A DNA stretch of 64,000 nucleotides from a virus (Duplodnaviria; Caudoviricetes), in the IMG/VR virus record IMGVR_UViG_3300044628_000433, positions 205 through 64,204 of that record; one strand, written 5' to 3'. The position numbers were made by a program, and so were the translations under genes. Below are positions 57,571 to 64,000 of this stretch, in pieces; within the stretch, counting starts at the first letter, position 1, and the number at the start of each line of letters is the position of its first letter. The notes beneath the pieces were generated by a model. The model did not search any database and had not been told where the DNA came from. It worked only from the letters and a program-made list of their open reading frames with translations.

Positions 57571-57656
57571 CTTTGGAGTTGATCGTTTGGGGACAACGCC
57601 CGATAGCTCCAAAGCCGCCTCAGGTACATTCCCCCGTCTGTATCCTGAGTCTATCT

Positions 57657-57692
57657 ATCCCGCTTCCCCTTAACGGGGGAGGTGGGGTTTTC
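57657..57692 (+). terminator. Rho-independent terminator near the genome end
   Basis: ATCCCGCTTCCCCT-TAAC-GGGGGAGGTGGGGT followed by TTTC; G-U pairs favour + strand RNA. Confidence 0.65.
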
Positions 57693-57837
57693 TAAGAAAA
57701 CGTTTTAGGTATCGAAAATTTTAGGAGGGTACCCCCTTCCCCCACCGGGTATTGGCGTCCCCCTCTACCCCCCCGGCCCTGCGGGAAATTTACCCGGCCT
57801 GCGGCTGCTTACCCCCCCTCGGGACAGTCTAGTATCA

Positions 57838-58225
57838 GCGATCTTCCGCAGAGAGTGACCCTTGGGGTGTTACTGCGGAGGGGATCGCAAGGATAGCCGC
57901 GCCTACTTTGTAGGTTTTATGTTACGGGCTACCTTCCCAAACCTTCGGTTTGAAAGTTACTGAAGCCTAACATGTCGTGACGAGCGGCGATAGGGTATGA
58001 TCCTGCGATACGTTCGCAGGGGTGAATCATCCCGCGTCAAGTCTCAAGTGCGATCTCGGAGACGAGTGAGGCTAGGTAACGAATAAGATCGAAGGCAGTC
58101 TACCGCGTAGGGTGTCATCCTACGTTGAAATTCCCGCAACAAAGTCTTTGTTTCAAACATTGACGCGGGAACGTTGGAAACGACGTTCCTGCGATTCGTT
58201 TCAAGGGATGTTCCCTTGAAACTTT
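57838..58225 (+). ncRNA. Large structured RNA / early leader candidate
   Basis: Dense helices, including TCCCGCGTCAA(58030)/TTGACGCGGGA(58160); no credible ORF. Confidence 0.55.
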
Positions 58226-58251
58226 CCGAAACTTTCACGGAGTTATCTACC

Positions 58252-58641
58252 ATGTCTACCTTCAACATGCCGAATGTCGAATCTTTCCGCCGTGTGTTTC
58301 TCCCTACGTTTGTTTCATACCTTCAGGAGAACGGCAAGTTCTCTGTTAGTGGTGACTTGAAGTTGTCGTGTGTGAATTCGTTGGGTGATGTTCCCGTCTT
58401 TGTTTCGGGAACTAAATTGACCTTCCGCAGTGTGGTCGCAGGGAAGAATGGCGTCGAATGTGCGTCGCAAGTCAATTGGCGCGAAGTCGATACTGCGGGA
58501 ACGTTGGCGCAAGTCGCACGGGACTATCTCGTGTCCGAATTGGAGCGTGAAGTTCCCGAATGGTTCAATAACGAGCGCAAGGTCTATAAGTCTGGCCGTG
58601 GTGCTGTTAGTGTGGACGTGCTTGAATCGCTCGGCCTCTAA
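58252..58641 (+). CDS. First early protein (hypothetical)
   Basis: GGAG SD; ATG at 58252. Confidence 0.75.
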   Translation: MSTFNMPNVESFRRVFLPTFVSYLQENGKFSVSGDLKLSCVNSLGDVPVFVSGTKLTFRSVVAGKNGVECASQVNWREVDTAGTLAQVARDYLVSELEREVPEWFNNERKVYKSGRGAVSVDVLESLGL

Positions 58642-58662
58642 TCGCCAGCGTGTGTTCTCTTC

Positions 58663-58697
58663 AGGGTGTCGGGGGTGAAATTATCCCCCGATACTCT
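58663..58697 (+). repeat. Early-region UGAAA-loop hairpin, copy A
   Basis: AGGGTGTCGGGGG-TGAAATTAT-CCCCCGATACTCT. Confidence 0.85.
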
Positions 58698-58736
58698 TTC
58701 CGTCTAAATTGTTCGCCCCTAACGTTGGGAGTCAAT

Positions 58737-58940
58737 ATGTCCAAAGTCAATCCAAAGGTACGGGATGTCATGGCACCGATTGTGCAAGCGCAAGTAAAGG
58801 CGGCGTGTGAACTTCGCACGGAACGTGCCTTGCGTGAAGCATTGGATAGTGTTGTCAAGTGGTCTGGACAATCGCGGACAAAGTGTTTCGCGGCATTGTG
58901 TGTCAAGTATCCGCAATTCAAACAATTAGGGAGTCTCTAA
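58737..58940 (+). CDS. Early hypothetical protein
   Basis: GGGAG SD; MSKVNPK... Confidence 0.7.
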   Translation: MSKVNPKVRDVMAPIVQAQVKAACELRTERALREALDSVVKWSGQSRTKCFAALCVKYPQFKQLGSL

Positions 58941-59260
58941 TGGTCAAGCCAATTCACTACCTTCGAACGTGTGTAGGGAATGTGTCTCGGATTGTTCCTG
59001 CGGAGTATGTCCACAATCGGGAACAATGCGAAACGTGCGGGGATTATATCTCCGTCAAGTGTGTGGTGGCATTGGTTTGGGCCGATGTCGATAGGCCAAT
59101 TGAGTGGGGACGTGTGAATCCCGCAGGTGTCGGGATTAGTTGGGAGGATATTGAGTTGGCCGACTTTGTTCACACAAAGTGTCCTGCTCCCGTGTGGATT
59201 GTTCCACACGGATTCAACGTCGAAGATATCGACGCACACTGGGGCGTAGATTGTGACTAA
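58940..59260 (+). CDS. Early hypothetical protein with CxxC...HxxC (possible Zn binding)
   Basis: GGGAG SD; TAATG overlap; CETCG and HTKC. Confidence 0.7.
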   Translation: MVKPIHYLRTCVGNVSRIVPAEYVHNREQCETCGDYISVKCVVALVWADVDRPIEWGRVNPAGVGISWEDIELADFVHTKCPAPVWIVPHGFNVEDIDAHWGVDCD

Positions 59261-59262
59261 TC

Positions 59263-59297
59263 AGGAATGTTCGGGTGAAAGTATCCCGAACGTTTCT
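59263..59297 (+). repeat. Early-region UGAAA-loop hairpin, copy B
   Basis: AGGAATGTTCGGG-TGAAAGTAT-CCCGAACGTTTCT. Confidence 0.85.
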
Positions 59298-59334
59298 TTC
59301 ATCGTGTGTCTTCTCGCAACTTTGGAGTCAAACA

Positions 59335-59433
59335 ATGTACGTGACTGAATTGTTCTTCTACTGTGCCGTGGCAATGTTTGTGACGGGATGTATCTACGTG
59401 GCTGGCAACATGATCTCTAACCTTGAGGATTGA
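59335..59433 (+). CDS. 32-aa single-TM peptide (not in ORF track)
   Basis: GGAG SD; MYVTELFFYCAVAMFVTGCIYVAGNMISNLED. Confidence 0.6.
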   Translation: MYVTELFFYCAVAMFVTGCIYVAGNMISNLED

Positions 59434-59435
59434 TA

Positions 59436-59762
59436 ATGCGTCAAATTGAACGTGCAATGTGCATCGCAATTCGTTCGAACAAATCTTTCAAGCGTGGAAA
59501 TACGGAAGTGTTGGTGACAAACAACGGTGCGGAGGTGTTCCTGCACGGGAATAGTATCGCACGATATCACCGTCCGTCACACACTATGTTTGTGACGTTG
59601 TGTGGGTGGAATACTAGCACAACAAAGTCACGAATCAATGCCCTGCTTGATTCGTTCGGGACTGGTGTACGAGTGTACACTAAGAAGTTTGAGCCACACT
59701 ATATGGTGTGTGGTCAATCGTTTGAATTTGAGAGCGAAGGACATATCTTCCTCTGTAACTAA
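59436..59762 (+). CDS. Early protein of a widespread phage type (LHGN..IA...GW...TTKSRINAL)
   Basis: GAGG SD; motif pattern. Confidence 0.75.
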   Translation: MRQIERAMCIAIRSNKSFKRGNTEVLVTNNGAEVFLHGNSIARYHRPSHTMFVTLCGWNTSTTKSRINALLDSFGTGVRVYTKKFEPHYMVCGQSFEFESEGHIFLCN

Positions 59763-59766
59763 TCTC

Positions 59767-59798
59767 GGAATGTGTGGGTGAAATACCCCACACCTTCC
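59767..59798 (+). repeat. Early-region UGAAA-loop hairpin, copy C
   Basis: GGAATGTGTGGG-TGAAATAC-CCCACACCTTCC. Confidence 0.85.
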
Positions 59799-59816
59799 TT
59801 TACTCTGTCTGTAGAC

Positions 59817-59896
59817 ACATAGTTAGGTCACAGATTATCAAGGGAAGATAATCTAGTGGCAACTCATACGTCTTCCCAACGTATGTGGTATTATGT
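59817..59896 (+). ncRNA. Three-way-junction RNA with kissing loops
   Basis: P1 ACATAGT/ATTATGT; P2 GTCAC-AGATTATC/GATAATCT-A-GTGGC; P3 CATACGT/ACGTATG; loop sequences GGGAAG and CTTCCC are complementary. Confidence 0.6.
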
Positions 59897-59926
59897 CGGG
59901 GGTTAGATTCCCCTGCGAGATTTCCC

Positions 59927-59958
59927 GAAATGTATGGGTGAAATATCCGATACGTTTC
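59927..59958 (+). repeat. Early-region UGAAA-loop hairpin, copy D
   Basis: GAAATGTATGGG-TGAAATA-TCCGATACGTTTC. Confidence 0.85.
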
Positions 59959-59987
59959 ATCGTGTGTTTCTTTACAAGGAGTAAGAA

Positions 59988-60326
59988 ATGTCCAAGACCG
60001 AACAAGAACTTCGTGAGTGGTGTGAAGGTGTTGAGGCAGATAACGATACTCTTCGTCGTGAGGTTGCACGTCTCAGCAAGGAGCGGGATGAACTCAAGCA
60101 ACTTGTGACGGATTCAATGCGCCTTACGGAACGTTGTGCCTTGAAGTGTGAGGAACTCAACAGGGAGGCAAAGGAACTTCAACGTATGTACTGCCACGCG
60201 GCAGCGTTAATTGGCCGATGTACCCCAAATCAGATTGCGAAGCAACAAGGTTGGGACTGCTTCTACAATGATTTAGTTGACGCAAACGCAAACAACCAAG
60301 ACTTCCGTACTACGGATATGGGCTAA
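59988..60326 (+). CDS. Early coiled-coil protein
   Basis: AAGGAG SD; heptad repeats; C-terminal AKQQGWDCF. Confidence 0.8.
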   Translation: MSKTEQELREWCEGVEADNDTLRREVARLSKERDELKQLVTDSMRLTERCALKCEELNREAKELQRMYCHAAALIGRCTPNQIAKQQGWDCFYNDLVDANANNQDFRTTDMG

Positions 60327-60338
60327 GGAGATAAACCA

Positions 60339-60812
60339 ATGGGCTACTACGTTTCGACAGAACGTTCAGACATCTCAATCTGTGACGAAACTTTGTTCGT
60401 TGAATGTGTCAAGCGTCTGTTCTCTCCTGAGAATATCGCCAAGTATGGTGAGACGTATTCGTGGGGAGATGATGGTAGTGTTGTGAAGTCTCTCAAGTTC
60501 ATTGACCCCGACGATGTGCGTATGGCGTTCATCAGAGATTCTCTCGCCAGAATCTTTGATCTCTTTGGGTATGTCGTTAATGAGTGTGGAGATGGTTCGA
60601 TTCAGATTAGTAAGGACGGCAAGTGGGGAGATGATGAATTGTTCTTCTCAACTATTGCCCCTGCTATTGGTGACGGTAGTTATGTTGATATCGTGGGTGA
60701 GTGTGGCGAACGTTGGCGATACGAATACCATGACGGTGTTTGTTATCTCCGTGAATGCAACGAAGTTCGGTGGATATTCGATCCCGCAATCAAACTGAAA
60801 GGACTGCAATGA
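60339..60812 (+). CDS. Early hypothetical protein (MGY...GExGERW type)
   Basis: AAGGAG SD; KW..DE.FF..IAP.I.DGSY...GE.GERW. Confidence 0.8.
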   Translation: MGYYVSTERSDISICDETLFVECVKRLFSPENIAKYGETYSWGDDGSVVKSLKFIDPDDVRMAFIRDSLARIFDLFGYVVNECGDGSIQISKDGKWGDDELFFSTIAPAIGDGSYVDIVGECGERWRYEYHDGVCYLRECNEVRWIFDPAIKLKGLQ

Positions 60813-61114
60813 ACAAGTACACGATCTACATTCCGTTCTACATTGCCGACGAAACTGGCAACCCCAGTGTGTGTGCCAAACAGATTGGCCTGTCGATTGT
60901 CGAGGAGATTGTCAACGAAACTGGAGGTGCAACTGTCACCGAAGGTAAGGGGTACTGGAGTAACGGGAAGCACATCGTCAATGAAAGTGTGTTCATTGTC
61001 GAAACATGTGCTGAAACTCTCAACACACAACGTATTGCAGCAAGTATCAAGTTGCAACTGAACCAACAAAGTGTTCTCATTCTTCGCCAAGAAGTGGAGT
61101 CTTTCTTCCTATGA
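60809..61114 (+). CDS. SAM-lyase/DUF3574-like early protein
   Basis: GGATVTEGKGYW...E.V...IAASIKLQLNQQSVL pattern. Confidence 0.55.
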   Translation: MNKYTIYIPFYIADETGNPSVCAKQIGLSIVEEIVNETGGATVTEGKGYWSNGKHIVNESVFIVETCAETLNTQRIAASIKLQLNQQSVLILRQEVESFFL

Positions 61115-61284
61115 ATACAACGACATACATTTCGGACAACCTTGTTCAGTCAGCAATGTTCGGGATTCGTAACGAGCAGGAGTATAACTGGTGGCAGTTT
61201 GTCCAGTCTAACTTCTGGTTGAACGATACCGAATCTTCCATTCTCGCAGATCTCATTGAGGAGTACAACAATGAAAGCGTATAA
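61111..61284 (+). CDS. 57-aa early protein (not in ORF track)
   Basis: GGAG SD; ATGA overlap; MNTTTYISDNLVQSAMF... Confidence 0.6.
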   Translation: MNTTTYISDNLVQSAMFGIRNEQEYNWWQFVQSNFWLNDTESSILADLIEEYNNESV

Positions 61285-61555
61285 TATCTACACCAGTAAT
61301 CGTGAATCAATCGCTGTGGATTTGTCTGTGATGTCTGATGATGGTCGAGACTATCAAGGTCTATTGACTGTATATCTTTCACGGTGCTACCGTAAGAGCG
61401 GTATGACGTGGGACGTATCTTTCGTCCGCTATAAGGATGGAACTGAACATCGACATGAACCAACTCTGAAGATTGAATTCTTCGAGCAACTGTGGGTAGC
61501 CGCAATGTTTGAACCCGAACGTCTTCTTCAATACTACACGGAGGTCACTAAGTGA
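61271..61555 (+). CDS. Early hypothetical protein
   Basis: GAGGAG SD; MKAYNIY... Confidence 0.7.
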   Translation: MKAYNIYTSNRESIAVDLSVMSDDGRDYQGLLTVYLSRCYRKSGMTWDVSFVRYKDGTEHRHEPTLKIEFFEQLWVAAMFEPERLLQYYTEVTK

Positions 61556-61797
61556 ATCACTATATCGGTCTGCTCTATGTCGAATCTAGTTTGCAGGATT
61601 TGAAGCATGCTTGTGAGGATCTCGGTATTATCCCACAGAATGTGGAGATTGAAGAGGGTGTGTGTTTCTTCGATGTCCACCTTCTCACTTCGGATAACTA
61701 CGAAGATCCTGAGATGTACTTCGATACCTTGGCACGTGACTTGTCCGAATACATGAACCGCGAAGTTGTCCTCGAAGATATCGAGGAGGAGAACTAA
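61552..61797 (+). CDS. Acidic early protein
   Basis: GGAGG SD; GTG start; Asp/Glu-rich. Confidence 0.7.
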   Translation: MNHYIGLLYVESSLQDLKHACEDLGIIPQNVEIEEGVCFFDVHLLTSDNYEDPEMYFDTLARDLSEYMNREVVLEDIEEEN

Positions 61798-61941
61798 ATG
61801 ACCAACGAGAAGATTGATATTACATTGTTGCTCAAGCGTCTTGAAACTGATTACCCTCTCAACTACAATGTGAATGTGTTGCGAGAAGCGGCACGGGTTA
61901 TTCGAGAACTCCAACTGGAGAAGAAGAATGGACAACAATAA
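61798..61941 (+). CDS. 47-aa early protein (not in ORF track)
   Basis: GAGGAG SD; MTNEKIDITLLLKRLE...LREAARVIRELQ. Confidence 0.6.
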   Translation: MTNEKIDITLLLKRLETDYPLNYNVNVLREAARVIRELQLEKKNGQQ

Positions 61942-62062
61942 CTATGTATCGTTCGATGGTAAGTGGTGGAATGTCTTTGTTGCAGGGGAGTGTGTTGACG
62001 GGTTTCGAGAAGAGGATGATGCTCGTCTCTTTCTTAGCCATGTGTTGAGGTACGGTCAATGA
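61928..62062 (+). CDS. Small early protein
   Basis: GGAG SD; MDNNNYVSFDGKWWNVF... Confidence 0.6.
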   Translation: MDNNNYVSFDGKWWNVFVAGECVDGFREEDDARLFLSHVLRYGQ

Positions 62063-62151
62063 ACGATCCTATTCCGTGGGGACAAATCGTGTTGATCTTT
62101 GTGATTGTTGCTATCGGTATCTACTTCAGCAAGGATGATAACAATGGATAA
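62059..62151 (+). CDS. 30-aa single-TM peptide (not in ORF track)
   Basis: GAGG SD; MNDPIPWGQIVLIFVIVAIGIYFSKDDNNG. Confidence 0.55.
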   Translation: MNDPIPWGQIVLIFVIVAIGIYFSKDDNNG

Positions 62152-62503
62152 AGATGTCAAGAAGCTTTGGATTGATGCACTTCGTTCGGGCAAGTATCAG
62201 CAGGGAAAGTTTGCTCTGAACTGTCAGGGTCGCTTCTGCTGTCTCGGTGTGTTGTGTGATCTGTACGATCAGCAACGATGTGGTGATACAATGTGGTACC
62301 AACACGACAACGGAGTGAAGGGTATTGGTGGAAGTCTTCACCATCTTCCCGTTCCAGTTCGTGAGTGGGCTGATATTGAATCGTATGATCCTCCCGTTAT
62401 TTATGACGGTCGGACTATGGTTATCAGCGATCTGAATGACCATGAGAGACTTTCGTTTGAAGATCTTGCAAACATCATTGAACAACAAGGAGATCATTTC
62501 TAA
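62144..62503 (+). CDS. Early protein of the ALRSG.Y.QG...CCLGVLC type
   Basis: WIDALRSGKYQQG, FCCLGVLC, LND..SFEDLA. Confidence 0.8.
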   Translation: MDKDVKKLWIDALRSGKYQQGKFALNCQGRFCCLGVLCDLYDQQRCGDTMWYQHDNGVKGIGGSLHHLPVPVREWADIESYDPPVIYDGRTMVISDLNDHERLSFEDLANIIEQQGDHF

Positions 62504-62931
62504 TGTCTAAGTATGTTGATTCGTTCTTTACCGTTCTGAAACTCGACTATAATGGTGGCTGGGAATTGGTTGACTCTATCAAGGGTCTTATCAGCGATGA
62601 GGTCAATGATCTCTCCATGAGTGTTGACGATATCAAGAAGGAACTTGAGGACTCTGTTAGTCAGGCTGTGTCTAGTGAGGTTAGTAGCACGATTGATGAC
62701 GCGATTTATGACTTGCGTGGCGACCTTGAGAACACAATGACGCAGATGGTGAATGATTGTGTTGACTCAGTTGTGTGCCAGTCTGATACGCTTGAGCGGG
62801 CTGCGGAAAGTGCGGTCGATGAGTACCTTGACAACAACCTTGACTTCTTTGTGCGACGTTACTTGGAGTCTGAGCGTGGTAAGCAATGGCTCAAGGATGT
62901 TCTCAAGGAAGGAGATGCTAATGTTCAATGA
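62503..62931 (+). CDS. Acidic helical early protein
   Basis: AAGGAG SD; repetitive D/E-rich helices. Confidence 0.75.
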   Translation: MSKYVDSFFTVLKLDYNGGWELVDSIKGLISDEVNDLSMSVDDIKKELEDSVSQAVSSEVSSTIDDAIYDLRGDLENTMTQMVNDCVDSVVCQSDTLERAAESAVDEYLDNNLDFFVRRYLESERGKQWLKDVLKEGDANVQ

Positions 62932-63106
62932 CGAAGAGTTTATGAACGACGATACTGGTCGAGACGAATGGGATGGAGGAGTGTGGGATATGTTTATTGA
63001 CGAATATCATTGCACGGATTACTGGGTAGATACTGATGCACTGATGGACGAAGGTGCATTCGAAGATGACATTGAGGTGGAGGAAGAAGACGGTGATTGT
63101 GGATAA
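62921..63106 (+). CDS. Extremely acidic 61-aa protein (DNA-mimic candidate)
   Basis: AAGGAG SD; 25 of 61 residues are D/E; one Arg, no Lys. Confidence 0.7.
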   Translation: MFNDEEFMNDDTGRDEWDGGVWDMFIDEYHCTDYWVDTDALMDEGAFEDDIEVEEEDGDCG

Positions 63107-63113
63107 CTTGTGA

Positions 63114-63142
63114 ACCACCAGTCCCTGATTCCGTGCTAGGAA
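63114..63142 (+). promoter_or_regulatory. Candidate phage RNAP promoter, copy 3 (upstream of the RNAP gene)
   Basis: ACCACCAGTCCCTGATTCCGTGCTAGGAA. Confidence 0.6.
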
Positions 63143-63189
63143 TCCAATGGTTGGACTCCAATAACTAAACCAAAACAGAAAGAACATAA

Positions 63190-64000
63190 ATGAACAATCT
63201 CTGTTATGGTAAGAAGTGGATAGCAGAAAAGAATAAGGAACATAAACTTAATCTTAATGCTGTCATAGAAGAAGCAATGGCTGATAAGTCTATCATGGAT
63301 TACTGTAAGGAACGTAATAGAATCCTTGGAGTACCTGAAACAGATTTATGTTATGCTCTGGTAGACAAGACTGAACAAGCCATTGAGGAATATCTTAGCG
63401 AGTTATCTAAGAGAAACCTTTCTTGGATTACCCCGATCTACAAACTTGGATCTAGGACTGTCTCTGCTATCATTGTCTCTACGTATTTGGATTTTGTGTT
63501 TGTTGATGGCTCTCTTCCTAAGTTACAGTCAGTCATCAAACATATGCGTGTCAACCTTGAACTCGCAAGTACATTCCATCAGACACGTTCAGACAACTCA
63601 GGTGCATGGGTTCTTGCTTCACGTTCTCTTGGTACAAAGTGGACGAAGCGTCAGATGCAACAGTTTATGAAGACACACAGTGCATCTGTTGATTGCAGAA
63701 TCCCAAAGAAGGATGGAGATACCTTGTGTCTTCATCTTATCGAGGTGTTAATCAAGGTAGGGTTGTGTGTTGAACGTCACTCTTACGACAGTAAGGGAAA
63801 CAGGACAACGTGGTTGATGCCATCTAATTCTGTCACGGACAACTTGAATGCCGTGCATGAAGAACTTATGGCAATGGCAAAGATTATCTATGCCCCCATG
63901 ATTGTTCCACCAGTACGTCACACAATCAACGAGTGTGGTGGTACACATTCACCACATCTCCGCAAGGGTATTGTGTCATCGTCGTATCTCTTCTTTCAAG
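63190..64000 (+). CDS. T7-like RNA polymerase, N-terminal part (continues across the overlap to 1701)
   Basis: Open from ATG 63190 (MNNLCYGKKW...) to ...KIIYAPMIVPP, matching the T7 P-x-x-VPP segment. Confidence 0.9.
   Translation, partial: MNNLCYGKKWIAEKNKEHKLNLNAVIEEAMADKSIMDYCKERNRILGVPETDLCYALVDKTEQAIEEYLSELSKRNLSWITPIYKLGSRTVSAIIVSTYLDFVFVDGSLPKLQSVIKHMRVNLELASTFHQTRSDNSGAWVLASRSLGTKWTKRQMQQFMKTHSASVDCRIPKKDGDTLCLHLIEVLIKVGLCVERHSYDSKGNRTTWLMPSNSVTDNLNAVHEELMAMAKIIYAPMIVPPVRHTINECGGTHSPHLRKGIVSSSYLFFQ
63886..64000. repeat. Terminal overlap of circular assembly (identical to 1-115)
   Basis: Exact sequence match. Confidence 0.97.

Noticed and set aside
58663-59958. CRISPR array or cobalamin riboswitches (GGAA..GGTGAAA..TCC resemblance; phage has NrdJ)
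   Set aside because: Spacing is irregular (160-600 bp) with genes between copies, the copies are too divergent, no cas genes are present, and the downstream CCC-GC-ACUG and B12-box elements are missing
63886-64000. 115-bp end repeat as the biological direct terminal repeat
   Set aside because: It lies in frame in the middle of the RNAP gene, so it is best explained as a circular-assembly overlap
1-64000. Stop-codon reassignment, introns or inteins
   Set aside because: Core genes are uninterrupted and of expected or shorter length under the standard code; no suppressor tRNA or splicing motifs seen

Overview
This window is one complete, circularly assembled T7-like (Autographiviridae-type) lytic phage genome of 63,885 bp. 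Bases 1-115 are identical to 63886-64000, and the join falls inside the single-subunit RNA polymerase gene. All credible genes are on the + strand. The biological order begins after the non-coding end region (~57.2-58.2 kb). It runs: small early genes, RNAP, replication and nucleotide metabolism (SSB, RusA, primase-helicase, PolA, exonuclease, ThyX, deaminase, dNMP kinase, dUTPase, class II RNR) with three rare-codon tRNAs, head and tail genes, fibres and lysis, terminase, and finally the internal virion proteins. Highlights: (1) a 4007-aa ejected virion protein with two HEXXH peptidase domains, an ECF-sigma-factor-like segment, an atypical kinase and an ADP-ribosyltransferase-like domain; (2) an early region divided by a covarying hairpin repeat with a UGAAA loop, in which one unit is an ORF-less three-way-junction/kissing-loop RNA, preceded by a ~400-nt structured leader; (3) a PEP-CTERM-like surface protein suggesting a planctomycete (Phycisphaerae-like) host; (4) a three-copy candidate phage promoter, with one copy directly upstream of the RNAP gene. 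All calls come from reading motifs by eye; no database search or folding program was run.
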